Below, one piece after another: positions 1 to 12,600 of a DNA stretch of 64,000 nucleotides (within the stretch, counting starts at the first letter, position 1; each line of letters opens with the position of its first letter). The notes below the pieces were generated by a model. That model saw only the letters and a program-made list of their open reading frames with translations, searched no databases and was not told the origin of the DNA. The position numbers and the translations under genes are program-made. The stretch comes from Botryllus schlosseri (taxonomy: Eukaryota). The stretch covers positions 3,720,001-3,784,000 of the forward strand of contig CM119375.1 in assembly GCA_051294905.1 (NCBI GenBank), read 5' to 3'.

Positions 1-201
1 AAGGTCATAAAAAGGTATCTATGGTGTGCTGTGCATGTTCAAAATATTGTCGGTATGCAACATGCCTCCGTACAAATCGAGATACTACATGACATAACAT
101 ACACTAAGAAAGAAAGGTTGAATGCTACACGAGTATAATCCCACTGGGACTTCAGAGATACTCACACCGTGGAACAAACATGAGAAAACGAAATCACACA
201 C

Positions 202-3200
202 CTGATATCACCGAGTTGATCCTAGTTGTCTGCTTCAGCGTCTCTCCTTTCCTGTAGAACATCGCCGTAGGCTGTGGTTTCCCAGTGAAAGGGATAACAA
301 CATCCACATTGGTGCCGACCTAAATTAACAGAGGAAGTTGCAGTTAAGTTATTGAGTCAGGACTAAAAATAGACGCTGCAGATGACAGCTGGCAGGAGGC
401 CTCCTGATCGCAAGCAGGATTATACACTCGCCTTTTGAGAGATGGTATCATTGAAAAACTGGCTCATGTCAATGGAGGGAGAGATAAGCACTTCACGGAT
501 TGTGACAGCTCCGGATTCTCGAGCGTCTGATATTCCTGACTCATTCTGCAAAGGAAAATGAAATTTGTTCATAAAGCAATTTCCAAATAGGTTTCGAAAT
601 CACTAGCAAAATAAGAGGAGATAGATAGATTCATTTCCACAAGCCACAAGTTCAGGCAAGTGCCGAAATTTGTGATGCAAAACAATGTTTGATTGGTATT
701 GACTGGTACTGGTGATGTAATTATAACCATCTTTGTGTCAACAGAACCCAAAGTTCTTCATTTTTCGAACATTATAATATAGTCATAAAGTGATATATGA
801 TAGTCATAGAATTAAATTTTTGTATGAAGAGAGAAGTAAAATATTTTATAGCAAGATAATATACAATTGAACAGCATATTCATAATGAAATGAACCCGAA
901 TATTTTCGGCTGGCCCTCGTCATGGGTAATCGTGAGCAACTAGTAGAGAATTGGAAAGGTCATTGCATATCAACTATCGTATCCCGAGATATGATGAATT
1001 TTCATGCCGGTGACGTCATATTTTGTGATACGATTGTTGATATACAATGTTCTTTCAAATTCTTTACTAGTTGCTGACGATTACCCCTGACAAGTGTCCG
1101 CTGGATATATTCGCGTACATTTCAATATGAATATACTATTCAATTGCATATTGAAGTTCTTTACCTCCAAGAAGGTCTTCAAGAAAGATAATAATAAAAC
1201 CGATCTAAATTAGATTATTAGATTATTAGAGATAATGTATCATATGAATTTGCAAAAATACAAATCTTAGAACAGCAATGGTAAATATAATGACAAAGGA
1301 TACACATTTACAAATACTTTCTTGTCTTTATGAACGCTTGAGAAATGGGAAGACATATCGAACCTGTGCTCTGACACGGAAAAGATATTCTTTATTCGTA
1401 ATAAGTCCGTCTATCACTTGTCGTAGGTTCTTTGTCGTTGCGGCCACAGTCCACGATGATCTATTTTCTTTCAATGCATATTCGATGACATATCCGGTTA
1501 TTGGAGTGCCTCCGTCATGCTCTGGTCGTGACCATTCCACTGCGCACGACGTGTCCAGGATGTCGGTAATTTCAAGTTGTCCTGGAGTACTGGGCGCTTC
1601 CGATATTTTAACGGCTTGCTTCGTTTCGCAAGGTACACCCATGCCATGTTCGTTTTCCGCTGTCACTCTAAATAACAAAGGTGGGTGAATTTCAAATGCA
1701 GCTTACACATTTGAATCATGTGCTAGTGCATATCGTACATAGACCATACTAATAAATATATATCATCTATCATATATCATGCGGTAGTGCAGACCGTGTC
1801 TCGTACATTTGGTACATGACTTTAATAATATATAAAATGCAGAATATAACATTATATCATCCCTACACTAGGGTGCTGTACACAAGGGTTATACAAAGGG
1901 CTGTACAAGGGTAATAGTATATCGTACATATAACATATATATCATATATCATGCGTTAATCGATATCGCGTCTCATACATATCGCACATGATTTTAATAT
2001 TATGTATGGCGTTGAATGTTGCAAAATATAGCAATAAATATTACTTTATATATAAAAGACGGGATTGCATAGTTGCAAAGAAAGAATGAGCCCTACAATG
2101 CTATTGTAATTGGAATGTACGTTTAAATAAAAGCGTTTTGCTTTTACACTTAAAAACAGATAATCTGATGAAAGCTGGCAAATATGAATTGATAGTTACT
2201 GATAATTATGGGGAATGTCATATCAGACATCAATCTAACTAGTGATTTATACACAAGGGTACTTGAACAACTGAAGAATTATATAACAACTTTTATGATG
2301 GAATGAATCGGGCTGTACCTGAAGAAATAAGATTCTCCCTCTTGTAAGCCAGTGCACTTGTACGCAGTTCTTGATATAACGGAACCAACAACTTGCCACG
2401 CTTTTCGAGTTGATATTCGTTTTTCAATTTGATAATTGGTTATGACTGAGCCACCGTCAGCGTCAGGTACGTCCCATGACAAATTGACGTGTTCCAAAGA
2501 CATATCTTTCACTTTCAAATCCTTCACCGGCCCCGGCGTATCAATAACTTTGACCGTTATCGATACGGCTTTGGAGCCAGAAGAGTTTTCCACGTTCAGA
2601 GTGTACCTGCATAAACGAAACGTAGATAAGACAACTGTGAGACGTATTCAATCTCCATTTAACAAGGTAGAGTCTTGGATATTACAATACTATATGCTAG
2701 TTGACAAATTTATTGGAAAAATATACAATGACTTCTTTATAAGTAAATTTTACGGGATAGACCAATGTGAGCCATAATCGGTTTTTGTGACATGCGTAAT
2801 AAGCAGAGGTAGTAAAAGTCAGGGTTGTAACCAAGTCACAGTCAATCTCACTTTTATAGTTTTGACTCGACTCACGTCAAGTCATTTTCAGTTCATCCCT
2901 GAGTCAAGTCCGAGTCCAAGTGTTTAGCGAGTCCGAGTCCAAGTCATTATGTTCACTGTTCTGTTTTCAGATCAATCCGGTTCAATGCACTTATTTCAAT
3001 TCTGGTCGAATGATATAGAATGTCCTGCATTCATAATATCTAAATTTTCCGCAATTTTAACAATTTTTGGCCCTATTTTCCAAGTATCAGGACTGATAAT
3101 ACCAATAATGTGGAGCTTTACTATACTTTGAAGTTGCAAAGAAATGTCAGTCGTGGCCGTCCTAGTCTCGAGTCATATGACTTGGTTCGAGTCATATGAT

Positions 3201-3630
3201 TTGGTTCGAGTCATGCAAAATGACTGGAGAACAAGTCGAGTCAATAGAAAAATTGACCTGAGTTGAGTCATTTCAAGCTTTTGAAAAAATGACTCGAGTC
3301 AATTTGAGTCACCAAAAAAATCGCGACTCGAGTCGAGCCATGACTCAAGTAATTACAATCTTGCTGATAACCTTTGGTGACATGCACTGAGTGATGCAAT
3401 AGATATATTTACCGTCCTGCGTCGTCTCTGGTACAGTTGTCGATGAACAACGAGCTTGAAAAGTCATTCGTGTCCGTGATGGAGTTAGGATTGAAATCAC
3501 CATTCTCCTTTGTCCACTTTACGACAGGCGTTGGTCTTCCGCGAATAGCGCAGAACATACGAATAGCATTCCCTGCTTTTACTGTGATATACTGCCCTGT
3601 GTGCGGGTCTGTTTCTATTTCAGGCGCGAT
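202..3630 (-). CDS. TTN: TTN C-zone super-repeat 5, first 3.5 domains (Ig-F-F-Ig...), continues beyond the window
   Basis: Exons 3413-3843 (part), 2319-2606, 1364-1667, 432-545 (GC donor; [12 protein letters not shown]...DTISQK) and 202-319 ([17 protein letters not shown]...). The last two are not in the ORF track. Confidence 0.88.
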
Positions 3631-6600
3631 TTGTATGTCTTTAGGTTGGTACAGCTGCTCAAGCTGATTGAACTCTCCCGGTCCGGCTTCGTTGACAGCA
3701 CGAACTCGTATTTTGTACTCTTTGTTACCATGTAAACCGGTGACGGTGTATTTGGTGTCTTGCAATCCAGACGACGGGGAGCATACGGCCCAATCTTCTT
3801 CCTCTGCAGATTCGGGTAGTATTTCCACCAAATAGCCCGTGATCTAAATGTTAAAAACGAATGAATTGGGATCATTTTGGGTCGGTAATTTTTGTGGAAT
3901 TACTTTGCTTTTGCAACTAATGCAACTTGAGCTGTCTTTGACGATTGATTTTGTTTGCTCCTGGCTTTATTAATCTATTATTCTATTATCCTACTATCAT
4001 TATTATTAATATAATATGCGTCATTGCTTAGTTATGGTAAGGTTGCGAATAAAGGTGATCGCTATTTATAGTGCGCTGATGGCTTACCTCGTACACAGCA
4101 GATTTGAAATAGTTTTTTAAGAACACAGCAGCGACGAAAAGAGAATATATTAACTGCATTTCGTGAGAGGTATCCCTAACACTGGTGTCATTCAAATTAA
4201 GATAATATCAAGTAGGACCTTCATGATACCTCATGCTTACCGTGAGAAATATATATAAGAACTGTTATGTAAGTAATATTGTCATATTTTTGTTGAATAA
4301 TAATGCTTTTTGTAAAATATTATGTATATAACCGAATTTGGAATTGTTTCAATATATATCACATGCTGGGCGGATGGCAGTCAACAAATCAGCGTGTTCA
4401 CGGTGTCCGTGTTTATGAGAAAGGCTATCTTAGTATGTCACGTTAACAAATTGGTTCACATATTTAACGCCTTGACTTTGAGAAAACATCAATTGCACAG
4501 CAGCATACTTAATACGTATACACAATCAGTCTTTTAGAATCAGATGACACAATAACCCAAACACAAGCTTTGCATTATAGGGATGAGAATACTTACCTCG
4601 CTTCCGCCATCGTAAGTAGGCGGGTTCCAAACCACAGTGATACTGCTTTGCGTGGTATCAGTCACTTTTGGTGCGCGTGGTTGACCAGGAGGATATATCG
4701 GGTCTTGAACTTTGACGGTGTCTGAGCAAGCACTCGGTTTGCCGATACCTTCAGAATTTTCAGCGTAGACCTGAAATTTAATTCATGTGGAATTTCGGGT
4801 AACGTCATATCTTCCCCATAAACCAGTGCAATTTCCAATGCATGTCAAAATTAATTAAGGGTATAAAATTTTTAAAACCACGTTTTCTCTATGTTTCCGT
4901 GGGTCCTAGTTGGGGCTAAAGCCGTTCAAGAGATATTGGCAAATATAGTGAATTTTGGAGTTATAAACATTTTTGAAACCAAGTTTTTTATCTGTTTCCG
5001 GGGTTCTATAGTAAAGGTTTTGGGATCAGATTGTATAACTCGAAGATTTACATCTAAATCCTAGTTGTGGCTAAAGCCGTTTAAGATATATTGGCAAATA
5101 TAGCAAATTTTAATATTACTTATTGAGACTTATTACAAACCTGGAATTCATATCTTTGTCCCTCTAGCAATCCTGTGATCTTAGATCTATTCTCCGGTAT
5201 CGCTCTCATCGTGACTTTAGACCACTTGGCCGCCAGCTTATCACGTTTTTCGACGATATAGTTTGTCACTTCCGCGCCACCGTCATCAGTGGGTCGGTCC
5301 CAAGTTAACACCAGACCCGTTCTAGTGATATTGCTGGCACTCGGCTTTCCAGGAGGTCCGGGCACGTGGAATGGATTTTTCATGACCGCCGGTTGAGATT
5401 CGACCACGTCTCCAACTCCAAAAGTATTCTCAGCCCGTACTCTGCATACAACAAATGTGATAAGATAATCTTTATCTGCCATCTGTGCAAATCAGTAACA
5501 TACGAAATGCAATTGGGTGAATTGTGATATACATATAAGCAAGGTATAGATGAGGATCGATATAACGGAGTCGTTTAATCCGAGCCACTCAGGCCCGGAT
5601 AATATTACAAAAGAAGCCGCTAGCCTCAAAACTTAAGATTTCCGAAATATAAAATATGAAGAAGCAGATATCATCATGGGAAAATAGGAAATTAAATAAA
5701 TAAATAAGGTCATTGCCAAACAATTATTCTGTATCTTCAGAACAATTTGTCAAAACATTGTTTGGTAAAATACGTAGACCAAACATTAAGTTATCTATGA
5801 ACTTTGCAGTATCCGAAAATATCCAGATCATGTGCTTACCGGAAAATATATTCATTATCTTTCACCAAATTGGAAATCTTTATGTATCGAGACGGTACAT
5901 TTGAAGACACCAATGACCAAGATACTCTACTGGTTTCTCTCTTCTCCACGACGTAGTTTGTGATTTCAGAACCACCGTTTTCGAGAGGCGTGTCCCACGT
6001 TAGGGAGCATTTGTTGGCGGTAATGTCGCCTACAGTCAAATTGCCAACGGCGCCTGGTACGTCAAGGACCTTCACTTGTACCGTTAATGATCTTTCGCCG
6101 GCGTCATTCCGCACATACAAAGTGTATTGTCCTGAATGTAAAAAAATGATCATTTACTATTCAAATAATAAAGGAATTTTATGAATTTTCATATACAATA
6201 TTCAGTGTCAAAACTGGTTTCATATTACAGCCGTTAACTAGTATAGAGTTTCAGTTCCATAGTTACATGTTCTAACCCTAACAGAAATGTATATTCATTA
6301 AAGTCACATCGAGTGTGCTAATATTCCTAGCGTAATCTGGCAATTTAGTGAATGGAGTCGATATCAGTTTATAAAAAACACCTTCCGTACATGACTAAAT
6401 CAGATGTGTCACGATACTTTCCAGGTAATACAAGCAATAGAGATTGGAAACTTGTCTCAGGTCTGCAAAAATTATATATTATTGAAAGTCAAGTATAGGT
6501 TCAGAACTTTGGAAGTTAAGATCACCCATGGACTCGCACAAGTCAAATTAGTCGCATTTATCGAAAGATGTGTGTTACCACCTTACTGGACGCTCTTTAG

Positions 6601-9600
6601 ATAATCTTACAGTGTACGAGTTGCAATTGCATTATAATAAACAACATTTGTGATATATAAAGACTGGTACATAACAAAAATTTCATTTTGAGACAGCAAA
6701 AAGGTTGCCAATCTCAGCAAGAGTAGATAACATGGTAGACTATTAGTAGAGTAATATACAAATGAATGAATGAATACTTACCGCTATCTTTTCTGCTACT
6801 CTCAAAGATATTGAGAGATGACTGTGTAGTAGTACGACCCAATTTAATTCTGGGACACGTATCCAAATCCCGACCATTTCTCGTCCATCTGACTGCTGGC
6901 TGAGGCTTCCCGTAAATTTTAGCCTCAAATTGAATCGCGTCGCCAGCTTTGACGGTGATTCCGTCGCTTAGTTTTGACTCATATTCAATATACGGTGGTT
7001 CCAATTCGTCACGGCAAATAACAGGGCTGGTGGGCTCTGAAGGCTCGGACAATGTACCTGCGAGAGAAAATACAATGGTATCCATTTCAAAAAAGTGTTG
7101 AAGGTACAGAACTTCAACGTACAATTAGATAATGTATTCATATTGAAATAAACCCAAACGTTCGGGTTTATTACAACATAAATATTAAATATATCATAAT
7201 AGAGAAAAAGCAAAGCAAGAATTACCAATCGCGTTTTTGGCTATAACCCTGAACTGATGCTTTGAATTTTCAGTGAGCCCATCAATTTTGAAGCAGGTTT
7301 CGGTGACGTTGCTGAAGTTGCATTTGTACCATTTTTCAGTCGGCAATTCGCATTTTTCGATATTATAACCAGTCAAGGTACTGCCGCCATCGTATTCCGG
7401 CTTCTTCCATTCGATAGTCACATATCTGCTTGCGACTTGTATAACCTCTGGCTTGGTGGGAGGGTCGATCGGGTCTCTGCATATGACGCTATCGGAAACC
7501 TTGCTGACAGGACTGATTCCGGCAGCGTTTTCCGCGTAAGCTCTGAACTCATATTCCAAACCGTTTTCTAGTCCGGTGACTTTAAATTCAGTTCCGGGTA
7601 CGACGATCTTGTTTGCTTTCTGAAATGCGGAAAGTGCATCGTAAATTATCAGAACCTTGGACCAGATAATGGAGCAGCAGTATGGGCAAACAGATTTGGT
7701 TAAAGTAATCATAGCTAGTATTGAAGAAGTAGAAGTGAGGCCATAAATTTCTATACAATTACAAGTACACGAGGTGTTAAAATTATTTCAATTAGAAAAA
7801 AGACTATTATGAAATGATTAAAAATAAATAAATTGATAAAAAATATGCGATTTTACCAAAAAAATGAAACTGTCATAGGGTTTATTTCATTCATTTCACA
7901 CATAAAGTAATGTGAAACTATCCAAAACAACAAAAAGTGAGTGGTTTTGCCTAAAAATCAGTTAAAAGAGCTTATTGGAGGTACAGAACTTCGTTATACA
8001 ATCGATTAGTATATTCATATTTAAATGAACCTGAATATTTTCGGCTATCCCTCGCCGGGGGTAATCGTCACCAATTAGTGATACGATAGTTGATCTACAA
8101 TTTTTTTTTCAAATTCTCCACTTGTTGCTGACGATTACCCCTGAGGAGTGTCAGCCGAAAATATTCGGTTTCATTTCAATACCAATATAGGCTACTATTC
8201 AATTGTACGAAAACAGGCCATGAACTCGTCGTTGGGAGGGGTCGTTCACACTTTCATTTGTGTGCCGTGGAAGCTACTTTTATCAAAATACGCCAGCCAT
8301 GACTGTGTCAACAAAAGAAGTTTGTGTACCATCAAAAATAGTACATTAAACACTCTCTTATTCGAAATTTCATGTTGGTGACGTCATGATGACGATCGTT
8401 GATATACAATGTTCTTTCCAATTTTCTACTAGTTACTGACGATTACCCCCAACGAGTGTCAGCCGAAATTATTCGGGTTCATTTCAATGTGAATATACTA
8501 ATCAAAACCAGTTGTGCAGAAGTTGGAGTAATTTGAAACCAAATGTACAGCAACTTTTTTGGGTGTTCAAGAAGATTTTGACTACTGCACTACTGCACTA
8601 CTATTTTTGTCCTTGATTTTTTTGCGGCATATACACCGACTCATGATACACATGCACACAATCTGTACTAATGCATATCATGAGCGCATGATACGCATAT
8701 GCCGCTGGACAAGGAAGTGCAGATATAGCCTTAACGGCTTTCTAAGTCATGCACCACCCCTCCATGCTATCCCAGTAATGCATGAGCACCAAGCAGGGAA
8801 GTCATGGATACCAGAGTTACTAATCAGGTCTTTGGTCTGACCCGGCCGGGGAACGAACCCACAACCTACCGATCAAGATGCTGGACGCTTCACCATTACG
8901 CTATCTTGTCGGTAAGGTCGGATAAATTATTGCGAACAGGCAAAACCTACTTAAATCCTCCCAAAAAATGAGTTCTTCGTTACAGTTCTGGACGCAAAGA
9001 GTCAATTACTAATTTGCATTTGTCACTTGTTTAAACAAGCAAATTTATAATTTCAGAACTGTGTTTATCATAAATAAGCATTTAAAGTAAATCAAGGTTC
9101 CTACCCTCCATAAAATAGAGTTCCGATCTTTCATTTCAACTTGATAGCCGGTAATTGGCGAGCCCCCATCTTGAAGAGGTGGCTGCCATTTCAGCACCAC
9201 CGTATCTTTAGTGGCCCGCACAATATCAGGTCTCCCTGGCGGGCCAGGTACCGTAAAGGCGTGTTTCGCTATTATCAAGTCCGACGTCAAAGCGGGTCCC
9301 ACACCAAATCGATTTTCCGCCCTTATCCTAAACACGTATTCCGTCCCATTGACCAATTTTGGTGCTTTGATCGTTGTACGAGCGCAAGCAGCCGATACAG
9401 TTGACCACACCTGAACGTAATAATGTCATTTTAAAATAATTACAAAAATTATACTACGTGATAATTAGAGCCAATTAAAAAAAATATTGGTATCAGTCAT
9501 TAGATGTAAAAGATGTTAGCAATTCATATGACGTCGTAACATGGTAGCAGGAAGTCAGTGAACTATAATCTGCGATTGGTATACTTAGGATATTAATATA

Positions 9601-12600
9601 TTTCTTATAGCTCACAGGCATCAAGATGCAGCCATTCTATTTTATTTCATGTCCAATATGGTTGTTCAAAACTAACTATTTTCTTCAAATGTATTTGGTT
9701 ATTTGAAGAAAACTGTTAGCTTTGCCAAAAAAAGTGCTGCACACCAAATTTAACTAAATTCCAACATGTAAATGAGAAGCTAATGGTGTTCAAATTTTGG
9801 ATTTGTATTAGCATAATTTATGACGGGCATTCTATCATTAAAAATTATAAAATTTTCCACCGTAACTACCATTTTTATGAAATCCAAAATTTTGCACACC
9901 GATAATATTGCTTCTACTATTTGGAAATAAGCAGAATTTCATGTTCATCGTTTTTTCTAGACAACTTAGCAATTTTGTGGGGTTGACGGTTGAATTTCAA
10001 AAAAAAATTGATTCATTTTTAATATATTAAAAATTTTCTAATTCTAGTAGCTAATTCTGGTTGAAATTGAGATAAATTATGTGTCCAGCGTTTTTTAAGT
10101 CAACCTAACAATTTTCTCGATACCTGTCAAATCCGAAGAAAAAAGTTGTCTTTGGACACTCATAATTCTCAAGCTTAGCACAGGCTGTAAAGTTGTGCAA
10201 ATAAATGCTCTGAAGTTTTGGAAATGTATCAAAATTTAGATCCTTCGAATATCGGCTAAATATATCAGGGTTATCGGTGAGGGTACTAGTTATCAGTTTT
10301 ATCGTCATAATAGTCATAATACAAACCATGCTTGTCGCTTCTCTCTTCTCTACGATGTAGCTCGAAATAGGACTTCCGCCAACAAAAGTCGGTGGTTCCC
10401 AAGAGAGGTGCACAGAATCGGCAGAGACGGAATCAAATTTCACAGGACCGGTTGGAGCGCTGGGCTTGTCGTAGACCACTATTTCTACTGGAGATTTTGC
10501 CGTGTTTGATGAATTCACCGCTGTTATTACATAGTCGCCGGCGTCTTCGACAACACAATCTAAAATAAAGTGTAGCTTTCATTAGTTGTATCATAAAGAA
10601 TCAAACAGTGTTTAAGAGTATCAGCTAACAGATGTCAAGCTGTAGATAATTTGTACAACAAAAGCATAAGCTGATATATCAATCAGGTCTTGATGACATT
10701 GTCAATGAGTGTTTATGTTTGTTCATCAATACCATATAGGTGGGCAGTCACCCTCTTATTTGATAATAACCCTCTGGTTATCATGCATGAAGGACATAAA
10801 TTACACTGTGCTACATATTGTGATATATTATTGAGCTGTAATATTAATTAGGCAACATATAAGCTGAAGTCATTCTATCGCGTTGTATGAGTATAAAAGA
10901 AATTGAGTCCTGATATTTATTGAGTCATTTCTGAGCATTGAAGATCTTATTGTTAGGACAGAACTCTCAGGTTAAGTAGCCAAGCAAGTCAGCTTATCAT
11001 ATTGGTTAGCTATGCTTACTGCTACAGGAACTGACAAGTCGTTTTAACCATGTAACTGCTATTATACAGCAAAACACATTGGCGATACACTTGAACTTAT
11101 TATTAGTTAGGTGTCAGATTATACTACCGTATATCTTGAAAAACAGTCTAACCGTTATGTAAGGAAAGCTAAATAAATTTCGGTCGTGTTAGCATTTGTC
11201 TTATTTATACGAATCACTGTACCTTTTAGCGTCAGCGTGCTCGAGTTATCATCATTTTCCAAATTGACTCGACTTGTCTGCTTAATCTCTTGCCCGTCCT
11301 TGTACCATTTCGTTTCTGGGAATGGTTTGCCGGAAATAGACACTCTCGCTTTCAAATCTGACCCTTTCTTGCCGTAAAATATCAGCTTCGTCAGTCCGTT
11401 CGTATCGATATGAGCCGGTTCCATTTCGTCCTTCGCCACTACCGATTGGAACAATTCTCTGGCTTCCCCTACGCCTTTCTCGTTGATAGCTTTGACGCGG
11501 ACGTGATAGGCTTTGCCTTCTGATAATTTTGAGATCGTTCCGACAAGTTGCTTGACCTGTCCGCCTAATTTCCATTCGTTTGTATCCTTCTCTTTGTACT
11601 CCATCAAATAACCTTCGAATAAATATTTTATTCAATTTAACTTTGTGGTTATATGCTGTATCTGGGGATGCGCATAATTGAGTGCCAGATGTGGAAAGCT
11701 CGCAAATGGACTTTTTGTACCACAAAGAATATAATACCAGTTTTACATCACATTTATGATTATTCAGTATTTTTTTCGATCATACCTATTCCATCACACT
11801 TTGTTACAATGATGTGAGTTTATCACGATTTCACAGATATGGCATTTCCATTGAAGTGCATATCTTTGTATTACATGTTTCTTATGCTGTGATATGACCA
11901 ATCGAGGTTTAAAGCCTTCAACAGTGGAAAATGGTAAAAAAAACTATAAATCTTGTTGGTAAAGTTAACTCTTAATGACAAGAAGCATGTTATTTTAGTA
12001 CTCTCCCTGCCAAATTACAATCATTAGAATTGTTACCTATTCAAACCATTGGCAGGACCATACCTGTGATTTTACTGCCTCCGTCCGAGTCTGGTTTTGT
12101 CCAAGATAGAGAGATGCTTTTGCCGGTCGTGCCGGTGACTTCCAGCCTGCCGGGACCGCTTGGAATTTCGGAGGCCTTGATGGCACCCTTGGTCTCGCAC
12201 GGGGGACCAGTTCCGTATTCGTTTTCGGCCATTACCCGGAAGTAATAGCTGCTTCCCTCTTCCAAATTTGGTACCTACAACAACAACTCATAATTCACTA
12301 TGAATTTTCTTAAATTTATATGAAAGTATCGTGCCACAGAAAGTCATATCAAATTAAGTAACATATTCCCAAGGAAAAGATATTAAAACCTCAGTGGGTA
12401 TCAGCTTTTGATGAATATAATACCTTGAAGCTGTTGCGGACGCAATTAAGGGTCACTGTCGACCACTTTTTCTTAGTAGTTTCCTTCTTCTCAACAATAT
12501 ATCCGGTGATAATGCTGCCACCATTATTTAAAGGCGCATCCCAAGACAGCGTAACTGACTCTTTGGTGACTTCTTTGGCAATAAGATTAGTCGGGGCGGA

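Noticed and set aside
8840-8911. Functional tRNA gene
   Set aside because: The acceptor stem does not pair cleanly, and the tRNA-like head is fused to a repeated body and tail, so it is a SINE head.
7620-9104. Hidden mutually exclusive or duplicated Ig/FN3 exons in the larger introns (also 25896-26901, 34358-35400, 54068-55366)
   Set aside because: No extra Ig/FN3-like coding pieces are visible, and the super-repeat pattern is already complete without them.
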